Source of the DNA: a virus
Lineage: Duplodnaviria; Caudoviricetes
IMG/VR virus record: IMGVR_UViG_3300011126_000071
Location: 1-54,549 of that record
Length of the DNA: 54,549 nt
Reading direction: 5' to 3' (one strand)
In this document: in pieces, positions 9,611 through 17,899 of the stretch
How positions within the stretch are numbered: position 1 is the first letter of the stretch
How the letters are laid out: each line of letters opens with the position of its first letter
Position numbers and translations under genes: made by a program
The notes under the pieces: model-generated
What the model saw: only the letters and a program-made list of their open reading frames with translations
Databases searched by the model: none
What the model was told of the DNA's origin: nothing

Positions 9611-10384
9611 ATGCAAAACTTCGGTAAAATAAAAAATGCGTTCAATGATATCCTTGCTGAATCAATTGTTGATAAGAGCGTGGAGAAAAGAAAGATTGTT
9701 AAAAGATTTATTAGAGCAATTAGTGAAAGTAAAATTCTTAAAGCACAATTCTTGATTTATAATAATATTGAGACTAGGGTTGATGAGAATCAATTCTCTG
9801 CCAATCTATTCATAACTGAGAATATTAACTTGTTAAACAAATTCAAGAAAGAAGAAATTGTATCTGAAAACAACAAGTTAATTAACATGTCTCAAATGGT
9901 TAAACGTAGATTAGAATTAGATTATGATAAGAAAGAATTACACGAATCAATATCATCTTTAATCTTTAATAAGAAAACAGCATCTACTGTTCAAGAGGCA
10001 ACTGATTCTCGTATGAATGTAATTAAGTACATTAATGAGAATAAGGCTAAGGTGATTTTAGAAGCACCAGAAGTGCCAACTAGTATGTTGGCTAATTTAG
10101 CGGTTGATAAGTTCAATGAGAAGTATGCTAATTTAACAGAAGATGAACACAAGGTTCTAAATGTTATTTTAGAATCAGACAACAACGAAAGTAGAGAGAT
10201 TGTATTTAACGAAACAATTAAGAGTTGTATTGACTCCGTTAATAGTAGATTAAAAGAATCTACAAATAAAGAAAAATTACTTAATGTAAAAGAAAGATTA
10301 CTTAGTACAAGTTTTATGAGTGAAACATTCTCAGAAGATATTGTCAAGTTATTAGACTTGAAAAGAACCCTAACAATAGAATAA
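9611..10384 (+). CDS. Helical putative prohead core/assembly protein
   Basis: 257 aa after the portal gene; KFNEKY motif and many (I/L/V)xE sites. Confidence 0.6.
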   Translation: MQNFGKIKNAFNDILAESIVDKSVEKRKIVKRFIRAISESKILKAQFLIYNNIETRVDENQFSANLFITENINLLNKFKKEEIVSENNKLINMSQMVKRRLELDYDKKELHESISSLIFNKKTASTVQEATDSRMNVIKYINENKAKVILEAPEVPTSMLANLAVDKFNEKYANLTEDEHKVLNVILESDNNESREIVFNETIKSCIDSVNSRLKESTNKEKLLNVKERLLSTSFMSETFSEDIVKLLDLKRTLTIE

Positions 10385-10394
10385 CTTAAATATT

Positions 10395-10694
10395 ATGGAA
10401 TTAGAATCATTAGTACAAATATTTGGTGGTGCTGGTGCTACATTCTATGTTATGTGGTTATGGCTTAAAAGTGTTCAAACAGAAAAGAAAGATTTACAAG
10501 TTAAATTAGATAACGTAGAAGAGAAGAGGATTGTGGAGTTAAGAGAAATGTTACCATTATTAACAGATGCCTCTAAAGGACTTCAAGATGTGATTAAAGC
10601 CAATCTTGAAAGTAATACTGAGGTGGTTAAAGAAATAAAATCTCATATTGATGAGAAAGTTACCGAAATATCAGAAAAATGCAAAAAGAAATGA
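10395..10694 (+). CDS. Single-TM coiled-coil protein (holin-like or membrane anchor)
   Basis: N-terminal hydrophobic helix LVQIFGGAGATFYVMWLWL, then a heptad coiled coil and a basic C-terminus. Confidence 0.6.
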   Translation: MELESLVQIFGGAGATFYVMWLWLKSVQTEKKDLQVKLDNVEEKRIVELREMLPLLTDASKGLQDVIKANLESNTEVVKEIKSHIDEKVTEISEKCKKK

Positions 10695-11083
10695 TGTCTA
10701 CCTTACAGTTCACAATAGCTAAATTAGAATTAAAACAATTAGAACTTATTGATAAATTATCAAAAAGAAATAAAGATGAATACATTATTCGTTGTATTAC
10801 TTGTCCAGAAACAAATGAGTTTATAACGGTTAATGGTGATTGGAATAAGGTTCTAGGGTTCAACGAAAAGGATTGTATTGGTAAATCGATATTTGATTTT
10901 ATGGCACCATATGAATTAGGTAGAGCTAAATTAGAAGCAATAAAAATGAAAGATAGTGAAGAATTTGATTCATTTGTTTGTGATATGGTAGATAAAAACG
11001 GTTTACCAGTTAGTGTTGATTGGAAGGCTAAATATTACCCAGACATCAATGCTACCGTATCAATAGGTAGAGTTAAGATATAG
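10691..11083 (+). CDS. Stand-alone PAS-domain protein
   Basis: FITVNGDWNKVLGFNEKDCIGKSIFDFMAP...DKNGLPVSVDWKA...VSIGR fits the PAS pattern (VN..LG..EE.IG....F.HP; KDG...V). ATGA overlap with the upstream stop; alternative start at 10679. Confidence 0.85.
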   Translation: MMSTLQFTIAKLELKQLELIDKLSKRNKDEYIIRCITCPETNEFITVNGDWNKVLGFNEKDCIGKSIFDFMAPYELGRAKLEAIKMKDSEEFDSFVCDMVDKNGLPVSVDWKAKYYPDINATVSIGRVKI

Positions 11084-11085
11084 GA

Positions 11086-11117
11086 TTTGACTTATTGAGA
11101 TATTATCATTATACTTG
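11086..11117 (+). promoter_or_regulatory. Host-type promoter (TTTG-N20-TATACTTG)
   Basis: One mismatch to Bacteroidota TAnnTTTG with 20-nt spacing; precedes the ATG at 11137. Confidence 0.55.
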
Positions 11118-11136
11118 TATAAAAATACCAGGTATT

Positions 11137-11586
11137 ATGATTAAAAAAGGAAAAGAAATTAAAATGGGAAAAACTTATAAAGATTATAAAGTTATTTCGG
11201 GAACAGTAGATTCCAAAAACCCAACAAGTGTTTACATAAACATATCAGCATGGGGAGAACCAACAGATGAGAACATAGAACAATATGTTAGTATCATTAG
11301 TTTACTAAAGAAACATGTTAAGAAACATATACATGATAATCTACCAATGACATTCAATAGAACTAGGACCATTGTAGATTTAGATATGAGAGAGTCTGGG
11401 ATATCATTTGGTAAGAGAAGTTTTATGAATTGTGAGATAACATTATATCAAAACCAACATAGTAGAAGTAATTCTATTCTTATGTCAACAGAACTAAAAA
11501 AGATTATGGGTAACATAACCGATAAATTAATTAAGGAAGTATTTGATGAATATCAACACTTTAAATTTCATAAAAATAAAAAATAA
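11137..11586 (+). CDS. Hypothetical phage protein
   Basis: GTVDSKNPTSVYINISAW and IVDLDMRESGISFGKRSFMNCEITLY blocks. The ATG at 11137 is preferred because the track start lies inside the promoter. Confidence 0.7.
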   Translation: MIKKGKEIKMGKTYKDYKVISGTVDSKNPTSVYINISAWGEPTDENIEQYVSIISLLKKHVKKHIHDNLPMTFNRTRTIVDLDMRESGISFGKRSFMNCEITLYQNQHSRSNSILMSTELKKIMGNITDKLIKEVFDEYQHFKFHKNKK

Positions 11587-11589
11587 ATT

Positions 11590-11621
11590 AAAAGCCGAAT
11601 CCTAACAGTTTCGGTTTTTTT
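11590..11621 (+). terminator. Rho-independent terminator
   Basis: AAAGCCGAA...TTCGGTTTT stem followed by a T run. Confidence 0.75.
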
Positions 11622-11634
11622 ATTTCATGATGTG

Positions 11635-11642
11635 TATTTATA
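11635..11642 (+). promoter_or_regulatory. Putative late promoter TATTTATA
   Basis: 17 nt before the prohead protease ATG. Confidence 0.7.
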
Positions 11643-11659
11643 ATTAAATTCTATAGATT

Positions 11660-12373
11660 ATGTCAAGAAGATTAAACGAAGATATTAAATTACTTAAGGC
11701 TGGCCAAACTGGTTTCGGGGTCATGATTGAAAATGATGCGGGTTATATCGACCCAAATGATTCAAGGAACCAAGAGTTTGTAAATGAGGTTACTAAAATG
11801 GCCTCTGGTGGTATACCAATGGTTGAACCATTAGTAGTTACTGTAGTATTACAGAAGTGGGGAGTTAAAAATAGAAATGGTAGAGTATACCCAGAACGTA
11901 TTCTTAAGAATCAAGCTAAGGCTTACAACGAATTAATACAAAACAAATCAGCGTTAGGTGAATTAGACCACCCAGAGTCATCAATTATATCTGGTGATAG
12001 AGTATCACATAATATCACTAAAATATGGTGGGAAGGTAAAACACTTATGGGTGAGATGCAAATCAATACCACTTTAGGTTTTATTAATATGGGTATTTGT
12101 TCAACTAAAGGTGATGAGGTTGCTAACATGCTTAGACATGGTTGGAGAATTGGAGTATCATCTAGAGGTGTTGGTACATTAGAAGAGGATTATGAAGGTA
12201 ATGCAATTGTACAAGATGATTTTGAATTGATAGGGTGGGATGTTGTTACGGCACCATCGACACCAGGTTCTTGGATATTTGCAAATTCTAAAGATGCCCA
12301 ACCATTTACTGAATCAAGAATTATTGAAAACAAAGATTTAGATGAGGGGTTAGATAATTTCTTAATGGATTAA
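11660..12373 (+). CDS. Prohead core protein protease (T4 gp21-like)
   Basis: KNRNGRVYP, ALGELDHPE, GVSSRGVG and WDVVTAPSTPGS motifs. Confidence 0.95.
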   Translation: MSRRLNEDIKLLKAGQTGFGVMIENDAGYIDPNDSRNQEFVNEVTKMASGGIPMVEPLVVTVVLQKWGVKNRNGRVYPERILKNQAKAYNELIQNKSALGELDHPESSIISGDRVSHNITKIWWEGKTLMGEMQINTTLGFINMGICSTKGDEVANMLRHGWRIGVSSRGVGTLEEDYEGNAIVQDDFELIGWDVVTAPSTPGSWIFANSKDAQPFTESRIIENKDLDEGLDNFLMD

Positions 12374-12510
12374 AATAAAAAAAAATTAACTAAAATAATA
12401 AAAATATAGTTTTTTGTGAAAATAGATTATATTTATTGTTAAATGGCATTATATTTTATTGCCGACCTAAAAAAGAAAGATAAAACTTTTAAAAAATAAA
12501 CAAAACTAAA

Positions 12511-13974
12511 ATGGCTGAAAAAAAGAAATCAATTATTGATGAAGCGGTATTGGATGCGAAAAGAATCCAAGAAGCTTTAAACGCCAACACGAAAGAAATA
12601 CTTCGTTCGATAGCGAAAGAAGAAATTGATGACCTAGTGAAAGAATCTCTTAATGAGTTTGAAGAAGAAGATGTTGACGATGAAGAAGAAGTTGAAATGG
12701 ATGTAGATATGGATGCGGAAGCACCTGTTGATGCAGAAGTTGAAGCAGATGACGAATTCGCTGGCATTGACGATGTAGGTGGTGAAGAAATGGGTGACTC
12801 CGAAGAAGGTGACTTAGAAATGAGTGACGAAATGGGTATGGATGCAGAAGCATCGTACGGAGACGAAATGGATATGACAACTGCATCAGATGATGAAGTT
12901 ATCGCTGTATATAAGAAATTAACAGGTGATGACGAGATTCAAATTGTAAGTAACGAAAATGGTGACATTGAATTAACGGTAAACGAACCAGGTGAATTTG
13001 TGATTAAAGCAAATGATGGTGGTATGGATGCTGAACCAGAAATGGGAATGGAACCAGAAATGGATGCTGAAATTGGAATGGATGATGAAATGGGTATGGA
13101 TGCTGAACCAGAAATGGGAATGGAACCAGAAATGGATTCTGAAATGGGAATGGATGCTGAACTTCCGATGTCTGACCTTGAAGGTGAGGAAGAAGAAGAA
13201 GAAGAAACTTACGATGAGAATGTAAACGAGGTTGTATATGAAATTGCAATAGCGGAAATGGAAGACATTGAAAGTGTTAAAGCTCCTGTAGGAAATGAAA
13301 ATGACGACAACTGGGCTGGTGATAATCTTGAAGGTGGGTTTGATGATGAAGGTCAGAACGGAACTGGAGATTCTCATGGAGAACACATAATGGAAGAAGA
13401 AGTAAACGAAGAAGACGTTAACGAAGAGGCAATCGAAGAAAAGATTCAAGTAGGTAAAGGCAGAAATGTTACTACTAAGAAGACTGAAATCGAAGGTGCT
13501 GGTGCGAAAGCAAACAAAGTTAAGGCTCCTAATGTTACTACTGAATACGTATCTAAAGCAGACTACGATAAATTACTTAGAGAAGCGAAATCTCTTAAAG
13601 CGAAAACAGTTGAAATGACTGCTACACTTAAAGAGCAAAGAACAATGTTAGGTAAAGTGGTTGTATTTAATACTAATCTTACAAATGTAACTAGATTATT
13701 CACTGAGCATTCAACAACTAAAGATGAAAAGAGACAAATCATTGAAAGATTTGATGAGGAAGTTTCTAACATTCAAGAATCTAAAAAACTATTCAAATCT
13801 ATTGAAAAAGAATTAGCAAATAAAAAGCCAATTTCTGAATCAGTAGAAGGGAAATTTTCCAAGGAAAAATCAAGCAGTACTTCAAAATTAAACGAAAGCA
13901 CCGCATATGTAGACCAAGGAACTAAAAGAATTATGGATTTAATCTCAAGAGTTGAGAATAAAGATAAATTCTAA
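12511..13974 (+). CDS. Prohead scaffold/core protein
   Basis: Very acidic, coiled-coil C-terminus, between protease and capsid genes, many xxE cleavage-like sites; TATTTATT variant at 12430-12437. Confidence 0.85.
   Translation: MAEKKKSIIDEAVLDAKRIQEALNANTKEILRSIAKEEIDDLVKESLNEFEEEDVDDEEEVEMDVDMDAEAPVDAEVEADDEFAGIDDVGGEEMGDSEEGDLEMSDEMGMDAEASYGDEMDMTTASDDEVIAVYKKLTGDDEIQIVSNENGDIELTVNEPGEFVIKANDGGMDAEPEMGMEPEMDAEIGMDDEMGMDAEPEMGMEPEMDSEMGMDAELPMSDLEGEEEEEEETYDENVNEVVYEIAIAEMEDIESVKAPVGNENDDNWAGDNLEGGFDDEGQNGTGDSHGEHIMEEEVNEEDVNEEAIEEKIQVGKGRNVTTKKTEIEGAGAKANKVKAPNVTTEYVSKADYDKLLREAKSLKAKTVEMTATLKEQRTMLGKVVVFNTNLTNVTRLFTEHSTTKDEKRQIIERFDEEVSNIQESKKLFKSIEKELANKKPISESVEGKFSKEKSSSTSKLNESTAYVDQGTKRIMDLISRVENKDKF
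13021..13160 (+). repeat. Intragenic ~72-bp tandem duplication (GMDAEPEMGMEPEMD[A/S]E[I/M]GMD)
   Basis: GGTATGGATGCTGAACCAGAAATGGGAATGGAACCAGAAATGGAT occurs at 13021 and 13093. Confidence 0.9.
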
Positions 13975-14010
13975 AAAAATAACAATAAAACAAAAACAAA
14001 AATTATAATT

Positions 14011-15786
14011 ATGTCACAATCACAATTATTAAATTCTGGACAAGTTGGGAACATTGGTTTAAACCACATGAAAGCGGTTAGACAACAAACTCAACAAAAA
14101 TGGAACTCTTTAGGATTCTTAGAAGGTCTTAAAGGTCATGTTAAGGAGAACATCGCTCAATTATATGAGAACGAAGCATCTTACTTATTAAACGAAGCTA
14201 CTTCTGCGGCTGATTCATCTGGTTCTTTCGAGACAGTTGTATTCCCAATCGTAAGAAGAGTATTCTCTAAATTATTAGCTAACGATATCGTTTCTGTACA
14301 AGCTATGAATATGCCAATTGGTAAATTATTCTTCTTCGTACCTCAAACTTCATCTAGAGTTAATGCTGCTGGTGAGGCTGGTAACGTTCACGTTGACCCT
14401 CAATACTCTGCTCACACATCTATGTCTGACCAATTACCAGACTGTGTTGTAGGTGCTGGTTGTAACCCAACAGTATTCGAAGCTAAAAACTTATACGATA
14501 TCTATTACAATGATGGATTATTCGATAACTCTAAAGGTACTGCTACAATCACTATGATGAACGCTGTTCCTGTTGCTATGGATTCTAACGGAAACTTTTC
14601 TGAAACGACTTCTTATGCTACAGCAACTGACGGTACTGTTAGAAATGGTATGTTAAGAGTATCTGGATTCTCTTCTACAAACAAAGGTAGATTAACAGGA
14701 CCAGATGGTAATGAAATGGATACTGAGTCTTTCTTAGCTTCATTAAAAGTTACTTCTGCTAATGCTGTTATTGACCCAGATGGTAATACAATTATCGCTG
14801 CTGGTGCTGAGGTACCATTCAGATTAGTTACTCAAAAGTATGGTAAAGGAATCGTTGCTTATGACGATATCTGTGATGCTGCTGGTGAGTTATACATTGA
14901 CTTAGACTTAAGCCACCCAGTTGATTCTAACGGTACATCTACATTTGATGGTTACGTTGGTGCTGGAACAGGTTTAACTGTTGATACAACAGCGTTTGAT
15001 GCTTCTTGGGCAACTTATGCTAGTCTTGAATTAGAAACTGAAATGGGAGAAGTATCTTTCAAACTTGATGAAGTTGTTGTTTCTGTTGAAGAAAGAAAAT
15101 TAAGAGCTACATGGTCTCCAGAATTAGCACAAGATGTTAGTGCATTCCACAACATTGATGCTGAGGCTGAATTAACAGCTATGTTATCTGAACAAGTTGC
15201 TGCTGAAATCGATAGAGAAATCTTAAGAGATTTAAGAAAAGCTGCTGCATGGACTCTTAGATGGGATTACAACGGTTGGAGAAAAGCTTCTACTGCTGCA
15301 AGTCCATATACACAAAAGGATTGGAACCAAACTTTAATTACTAAAGTTAACCAAATCTCTGCTCAAATTCACAAGGCAACACTTAGAGGTGGAGCTAACT
15401 ACATCGTAGTTTCTTCTGAAATCTCTGCTGTGTTCAATGACCTTGAGTACTTCCACGTAAGTGATGCAAGTCCAGAGCAAGACCAATATAACATGGGTAT
15501 TGAAAGAATCGGTTCACTAGGTGGAAGATTCCAAGTATACGCTGACCCTTATTCTCCATGGTACTCTATGATTATCGGACACAAAGGGAAGTCGCTTCTT
15601 GACACAGGATATATCTACGCACCGTACGTACCGTTACAACTTACGCCTACAATGTACAATCCATTTAACTTCGCACCAGTGAAGGGGATTATGACAAGAT
15701 ACGCTAAGAAAGTTGTTAACAACAGATTCTACGGTCATGTTAGATGTGATGGTGTTCCTCACTTCAACCTTAATGAATTAAGATAG
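14011..15786 (+). CDS. Major capsid protein (T4 gp23-like)
   Basis: FPIVRRVF...DIVSVQAM, RKLRATWSPELAQD, AEIDREIL, GYIYAPYVPL and KGIMTRYA motifs. Confidence 0.96.
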   Translation: MSQSQLLNSGQVGNIGLNHMKAVRQQTQQKWNSLGFLEGLKGHVKENIAQLYENEASYLLNEATSAADSSGSFETVVFPIVRRVFSKLLANDIVSVQAMNMPIGKLFFFVPQTSSRVNAAGEAGNVHVDPQYSAHTSMSDQLPDCVVGAGCNPTVFEAKNLYDIYYNDGLFDNSKGTATITMMNAVPVAMDSNGNFSETTSYATATDGTVRNGMLRVSGFSSTNKGRLTGPDGNEMDTESFLASLKVTSANAVIDPDGNTIIAAGAEVPFRLVTQKYGKGIVAYDDICDAAGELYIDLDLSHPVDSNGTSTFDGYVGAGTGLTVDTTAFDASWATYASLELETEMGEVSFKLDEVVVSVEERKLRATWSPELAQDVSAFHNIDAEAELTAMLSEQVAAEIDREILRDLRKAAAWTLRWDYNGWRKASTAASPYTQKDWNQTLITKVNQISAQIHKATLRGGANYIVVSSEISAVFNDLEYFHVSDASPEQDQYNMGIERIGSLGGRFQVYADPYSPWYSMIIGHKGKSLLDTGYIYAPYVPLQLTPTMYNPFNFAPVKGIMTRYAKKVVNNRFYGHVRCDGVPHFNLNELR

Positions 15787-15806
15787 TCTTAACATTATAT
15801 AAACTT

Positions 15807-15836
15807 AAAAGCCTTCACAATAGTGAGGGCTTTTTT
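15807..15836. terminator. Bidirectional terminator between convergent operons
   Basis: AAAAGCCTTCAC-AATA-GTGAGGGCTTTTTT. Confidence 0.88.
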
Positions 15837-15839
15837 GTT

Positions 15840-16112
15840 TTATATAGTTTCGTTTTCAGTGTACCACATTTTATCTTTAGAACGGTCATAGTCCATCTGG
15901 TCTTTAACAAATTCAATAAAGTCATCAGAAGGAATTGGGCAATCAACTTCTTTAACATAAACTTCCCATAACTCATCTTCTGTTTCAAATTCTTCATCAG
16001 TTAGTTTATAGGTATTTAAATCATTGATTATGTCAATGACTTTAGTTCCTTTATACTTGTTCTCAAAGTTTATAACTGCGTAGTCATAACCATCTATAAT
16101 TAATAATTTCAT
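15840..16112 (-). CDS. Hypothetical protein
   Basis: 90-aa acidic ORF coupled to the upstream HTH gene. Confidence 0.65.
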   Translation of the reverse strand: MKLLIIDGYDYAVINFENKYKGTKVIDIINDLNTYKLTDEEFETEDELWEVYVKEVDCPIPSDDFIEFVKDQMDYDRSKDKMWYTENETI

Positions 16113-16339
16113 TAGTCTGCTTGTTTTTCTAATTTATAAATCGAATAACGAATCTTATCACCAAATTTATTTGTACCTTCTACAATCTCAGATGAAATCT
16201 CATGCCCATCTTTCTTTAAGTTGAAGATAGTTGCAGCCAATCTAGTGTTACCTAATTGATTAATTGCATACCATGGGGAAATTGTTCTACCATTCTGCAT
16301 TGCATCTAATACTCTTTGTTTGTGCGTTACTTTTGCCAT
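16112..16339 (-). CDS. Small winged helix-turn-helix DNA-binding protein
   Basis: KQRVLDAMQNGRTISPWYAINQLGNTRLAATIFNLKKDGHEI...YSIYKL fits a common phage wHTH pattern. Confidence 0.8.
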   Translation of the reverse strand: MAKVTHKQRVLDAMQNGRTISPWYAINQLGNTRLAATIFNLKKDGHEISSEIVEGTNKFGDKIRYSIYKLEKQAD

Positions 16340-16368
16340 AATTTTTAATTTTAATTATTAATAAAGTA

Positions 16369-16400
16369 CAAATATATGGATAATATTCCATACTTCCAAA
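16369..16400 (-). promoter_or_regulatory. Bacteroidota-type promoter TTTG-N20-TATATTTG
   Basis: Exact -33 TTTG and -7 TAnnTTTG on the minus strand, upstream of the HTH gene. Confidence 0.75.
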
Positions 16401-16411
16401 TAAAAAGTGAA

Positions 16412-16702
16412 TTATTTATCCACCGTTACTATTTTAATTCCCTTATCTTCGAAATACTTAACACATGTTTCACATATGATTTTATTTCCTTTAGATGTAA
16501 ATGCTAGTGCTATCATAGAACCGTTAGTGGCCCACTTAGAACCACAACACTTACATGACTTCCTACCACGAGAAAGTTTAGGTCTTTCCGTATATATCCT
16601 AATCCAATCTTCATTGGTGCTGAAATTTAAGTATATCTTAGTGATATCAATGTTAACTGTTGTAATCTCTTCCCACCCATTACTATTCTTTACTCGTCTC
16701 AT
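16412..16702 (-). CDS. Small putative Zn-finger protein
   Basis: CKCCG...CETC cysteine pairs. The ATG at 16702 is preferred because the track start at 16717 lies upstream of the promoter -7 element. Confidence 0.6.
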   Translation of the reverse strand: MRRVKNSNGWEEITTVNIDITKIYLNFSTNEDWIRIYTERPKLSRGRKSCKCCGSKWATNGSMIALAFTSKGNKIICETCVKYFEDKGIKIVTVDK

Positions 16703-16706
16703 ACGA

Positions 16707-16738
16707 CAAATATACAAATAAAAAACGGGAAATACAAA
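16707..16738 (-). promoter_or_regulatory. Bacteroidota-type promoter TTTG-N20-TATATTTG
   Basis: Exact consensus, ending 4 nt before the ATG at 16702. Confidence 0.75.
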
Positions 16739-16757
16739 TGTAAATCCCGTTTTTTTT
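16720..16757 (-). terminator. Rho-independent terminator overlapping the next promoter
   Basis: AAAAACGGGA...TCCCGTTTTT inverted repeat. Confidence 0.8.
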
Positions 16758-16785
16758 ATAGTTAACTCTTTATTTTTAGTTTATA

Positions 16786-17649
16786 TTAAACTCTAGTCCC
16801 ACATGATGGGCAAAATTTAAAATTTGGTTTTTGTTTATTTCCACAGTTGGTACAGTATCTTTTAATTACTGTATCTTGAACTGTATTCACCTTTTGTGAT
16901 ACTGGTAACATCTTGTACTCAATTGAATGGAATGGGGAATGTTCCCAATTCATATAAACCGTTTCAAGTGTTTGGTCTGATTTACTACCAGCCTCAACTC
17001 TTCCAGTCTCAACAGGTTTCTTACTTCTAAGAGTTTTTCTTTTCTTAGATTTAAGTTCTTTCCTAGGTTCTGGTGCAATACTTTTTTCTAATGATTGGTC
17101 CATGAAATCCAAAGTAGCGGTATTAATAGATGTATTAGACCCAATAAGACCATTTACATTAGTACTAGAAAGTGCTGTGTTATAGTAGGTGTGATTTGGA
17201 CCACCGAAGGAACCACCATAATTACTACCACCAAATTGATTACCCATACCGAATGGTCTACTTGGTTTATAAAGGATTGGTGTACTCTCTTTATAGAACT
17301 CTACCTTGAAGTCACCGTTATCTTCAATCGCTACTCTGCTCTCAGACGTATTTGCAACCTCATAGGTGTCGAATTTGAACTTTCTAGCCACATCTATATA
17401 CCTGTCAAGGAAAACTCTCTGAGCGGGCTTTAAAACAAGTCCACCTTGAGCTATGGGTTTTCCATTAAGGAAAATCTTAGCCATGATAGTATCTTTAGTT
17501 GGATTGAATAGTTCGATTTGGAACTCTTGCCCTTTTTGTAGATAGTAAGTAGGGACTTGTGAAGTCTTACTATATAATTTAATCCTACTTTTGTTTATAG
17601 CTAGGTTAGCTACGGGCGTAGGAATACCCTCGTTTGTTGTTTTGTACAT
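16786..17649 (-). CDS. Hypothetical protein with C-terminal zinc ribbon
   Basis: N-terminal beta-rich domain (EFQIELFNP...GLVLKPAQRVFLDRY) and C-terminal YCTNCG...FCPSCG. Confidence 0.8.
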   Translation of the reverse strand: MYKTTNEGIPTPVANLAINKSRIKLYSKTSQVPTYYLQKGQEFQIELFNPTKDTIMAKIFLNGKPIAQGGLVLKPAQRVFLDRYIDVARKFKFDTYEVANTSESRVAIEDNGDFKVEFYKESTPILYKPSRPFGMGNQFGGSNYGGSFGGPNHTYYNTALSSTNVNGLIGSNTSINTATLDFMDQSLEKSIAPEPRKELKSKKRKTLRSKKPVETGRVEAGSKSDQTLETVYMNWEHSPFHSIEYKMLPVSQKVNTVQDTVIKRYCTNCGNKQKPNFKFCPSCGTRV

Positions 17650-17678
17650 TTTTTAACTTTTTTAATTTAATTATTATC

Positions 17679-17741
17679 GTACCAATCTTTTTACTTCCTT
17701 TTGAAAGTTCTAAAGTCAAATTAATGACTCAAGACAAATAC
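17679..17741 (-). ncRNA. Candidate cis-regulatory three-way-junction RNA in a 5' UTR
   Basis: GUAUUUGUCUU/AAGAUUGGUAC encloses hairpins GAGUCA-UUAAUU-UGACUU and ACUUUC-AAAA-GGAAGU. Folded by eye only. Confidence 0.4.
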
Positions 17742-17757
17742 ATAGAGTTAACTTTTA

Positions 17758-17789
17758 CAACTATAATAAAAAAACCCAAAAAAGTCAAG
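17758..17789 (-). promoter_or_regulatory. Host-type promoter (TTGACT-N17-TATAGT; equivalently CTTG-N20-TATAGTTG)
   Basis: About 110 nt upstream of the ATG at 17649; overlaps the terminator hairpin. Confidence 0.55.
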
Positions 17790-17802
17790 CAATTTTGGGT
17801 TT
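17768..17802 (-). terminator. Rho-independent terminator after the Cys-rich peptide gene
   Basis: Minus strand AAACCCAAAA...TTTTGGGTTT followed by a T run. Confidence 0.7.
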
Positions 17803-17813
17803 AAATTTTTAGT

Positions 17814-17879
17814 TTATTTTTTGCAACAGTCACAACCGCAGTCACACGGGCACTTTTCGCAATTACATTTTTCACACAT
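17814..17879 (-). CDS. Metallothionein-like 21-aa peptide MCEKCNCEKCPCDCGCDCCKK (not in ORF track)
   Basis: Translated by hand: ATG...TAA, 9 Cys in CxxC/CxC/CC patterns, GC-richer than its flanks, A-rich leader, 20 nt after the upstream stop, followed by a terminator. Confidence 0.75.
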   Translation of the reverse strand: MCEKCNCEKCPCDCGCDCCKK

Positions 17880-17899
17880 AGTATTAATTTTAGTTATTG

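Noticed and set aside
10670-10694. -1 frameshift fusing the TM protein to the PAS domain at TGC AAA AAG AAA TGA
   Set aside because: The frames are compatible, but the site is not a full XXXYYYZ heptamer and the ATGA overlap already explains coupled expression. Not excluded, but unsupported.
12445-12463. GGCA...TGCC hairpin in the scaffold 5' UTR as a translational operator
   Set aside because: The stem is short and AT-rich inside; too weak to support without comparative data.
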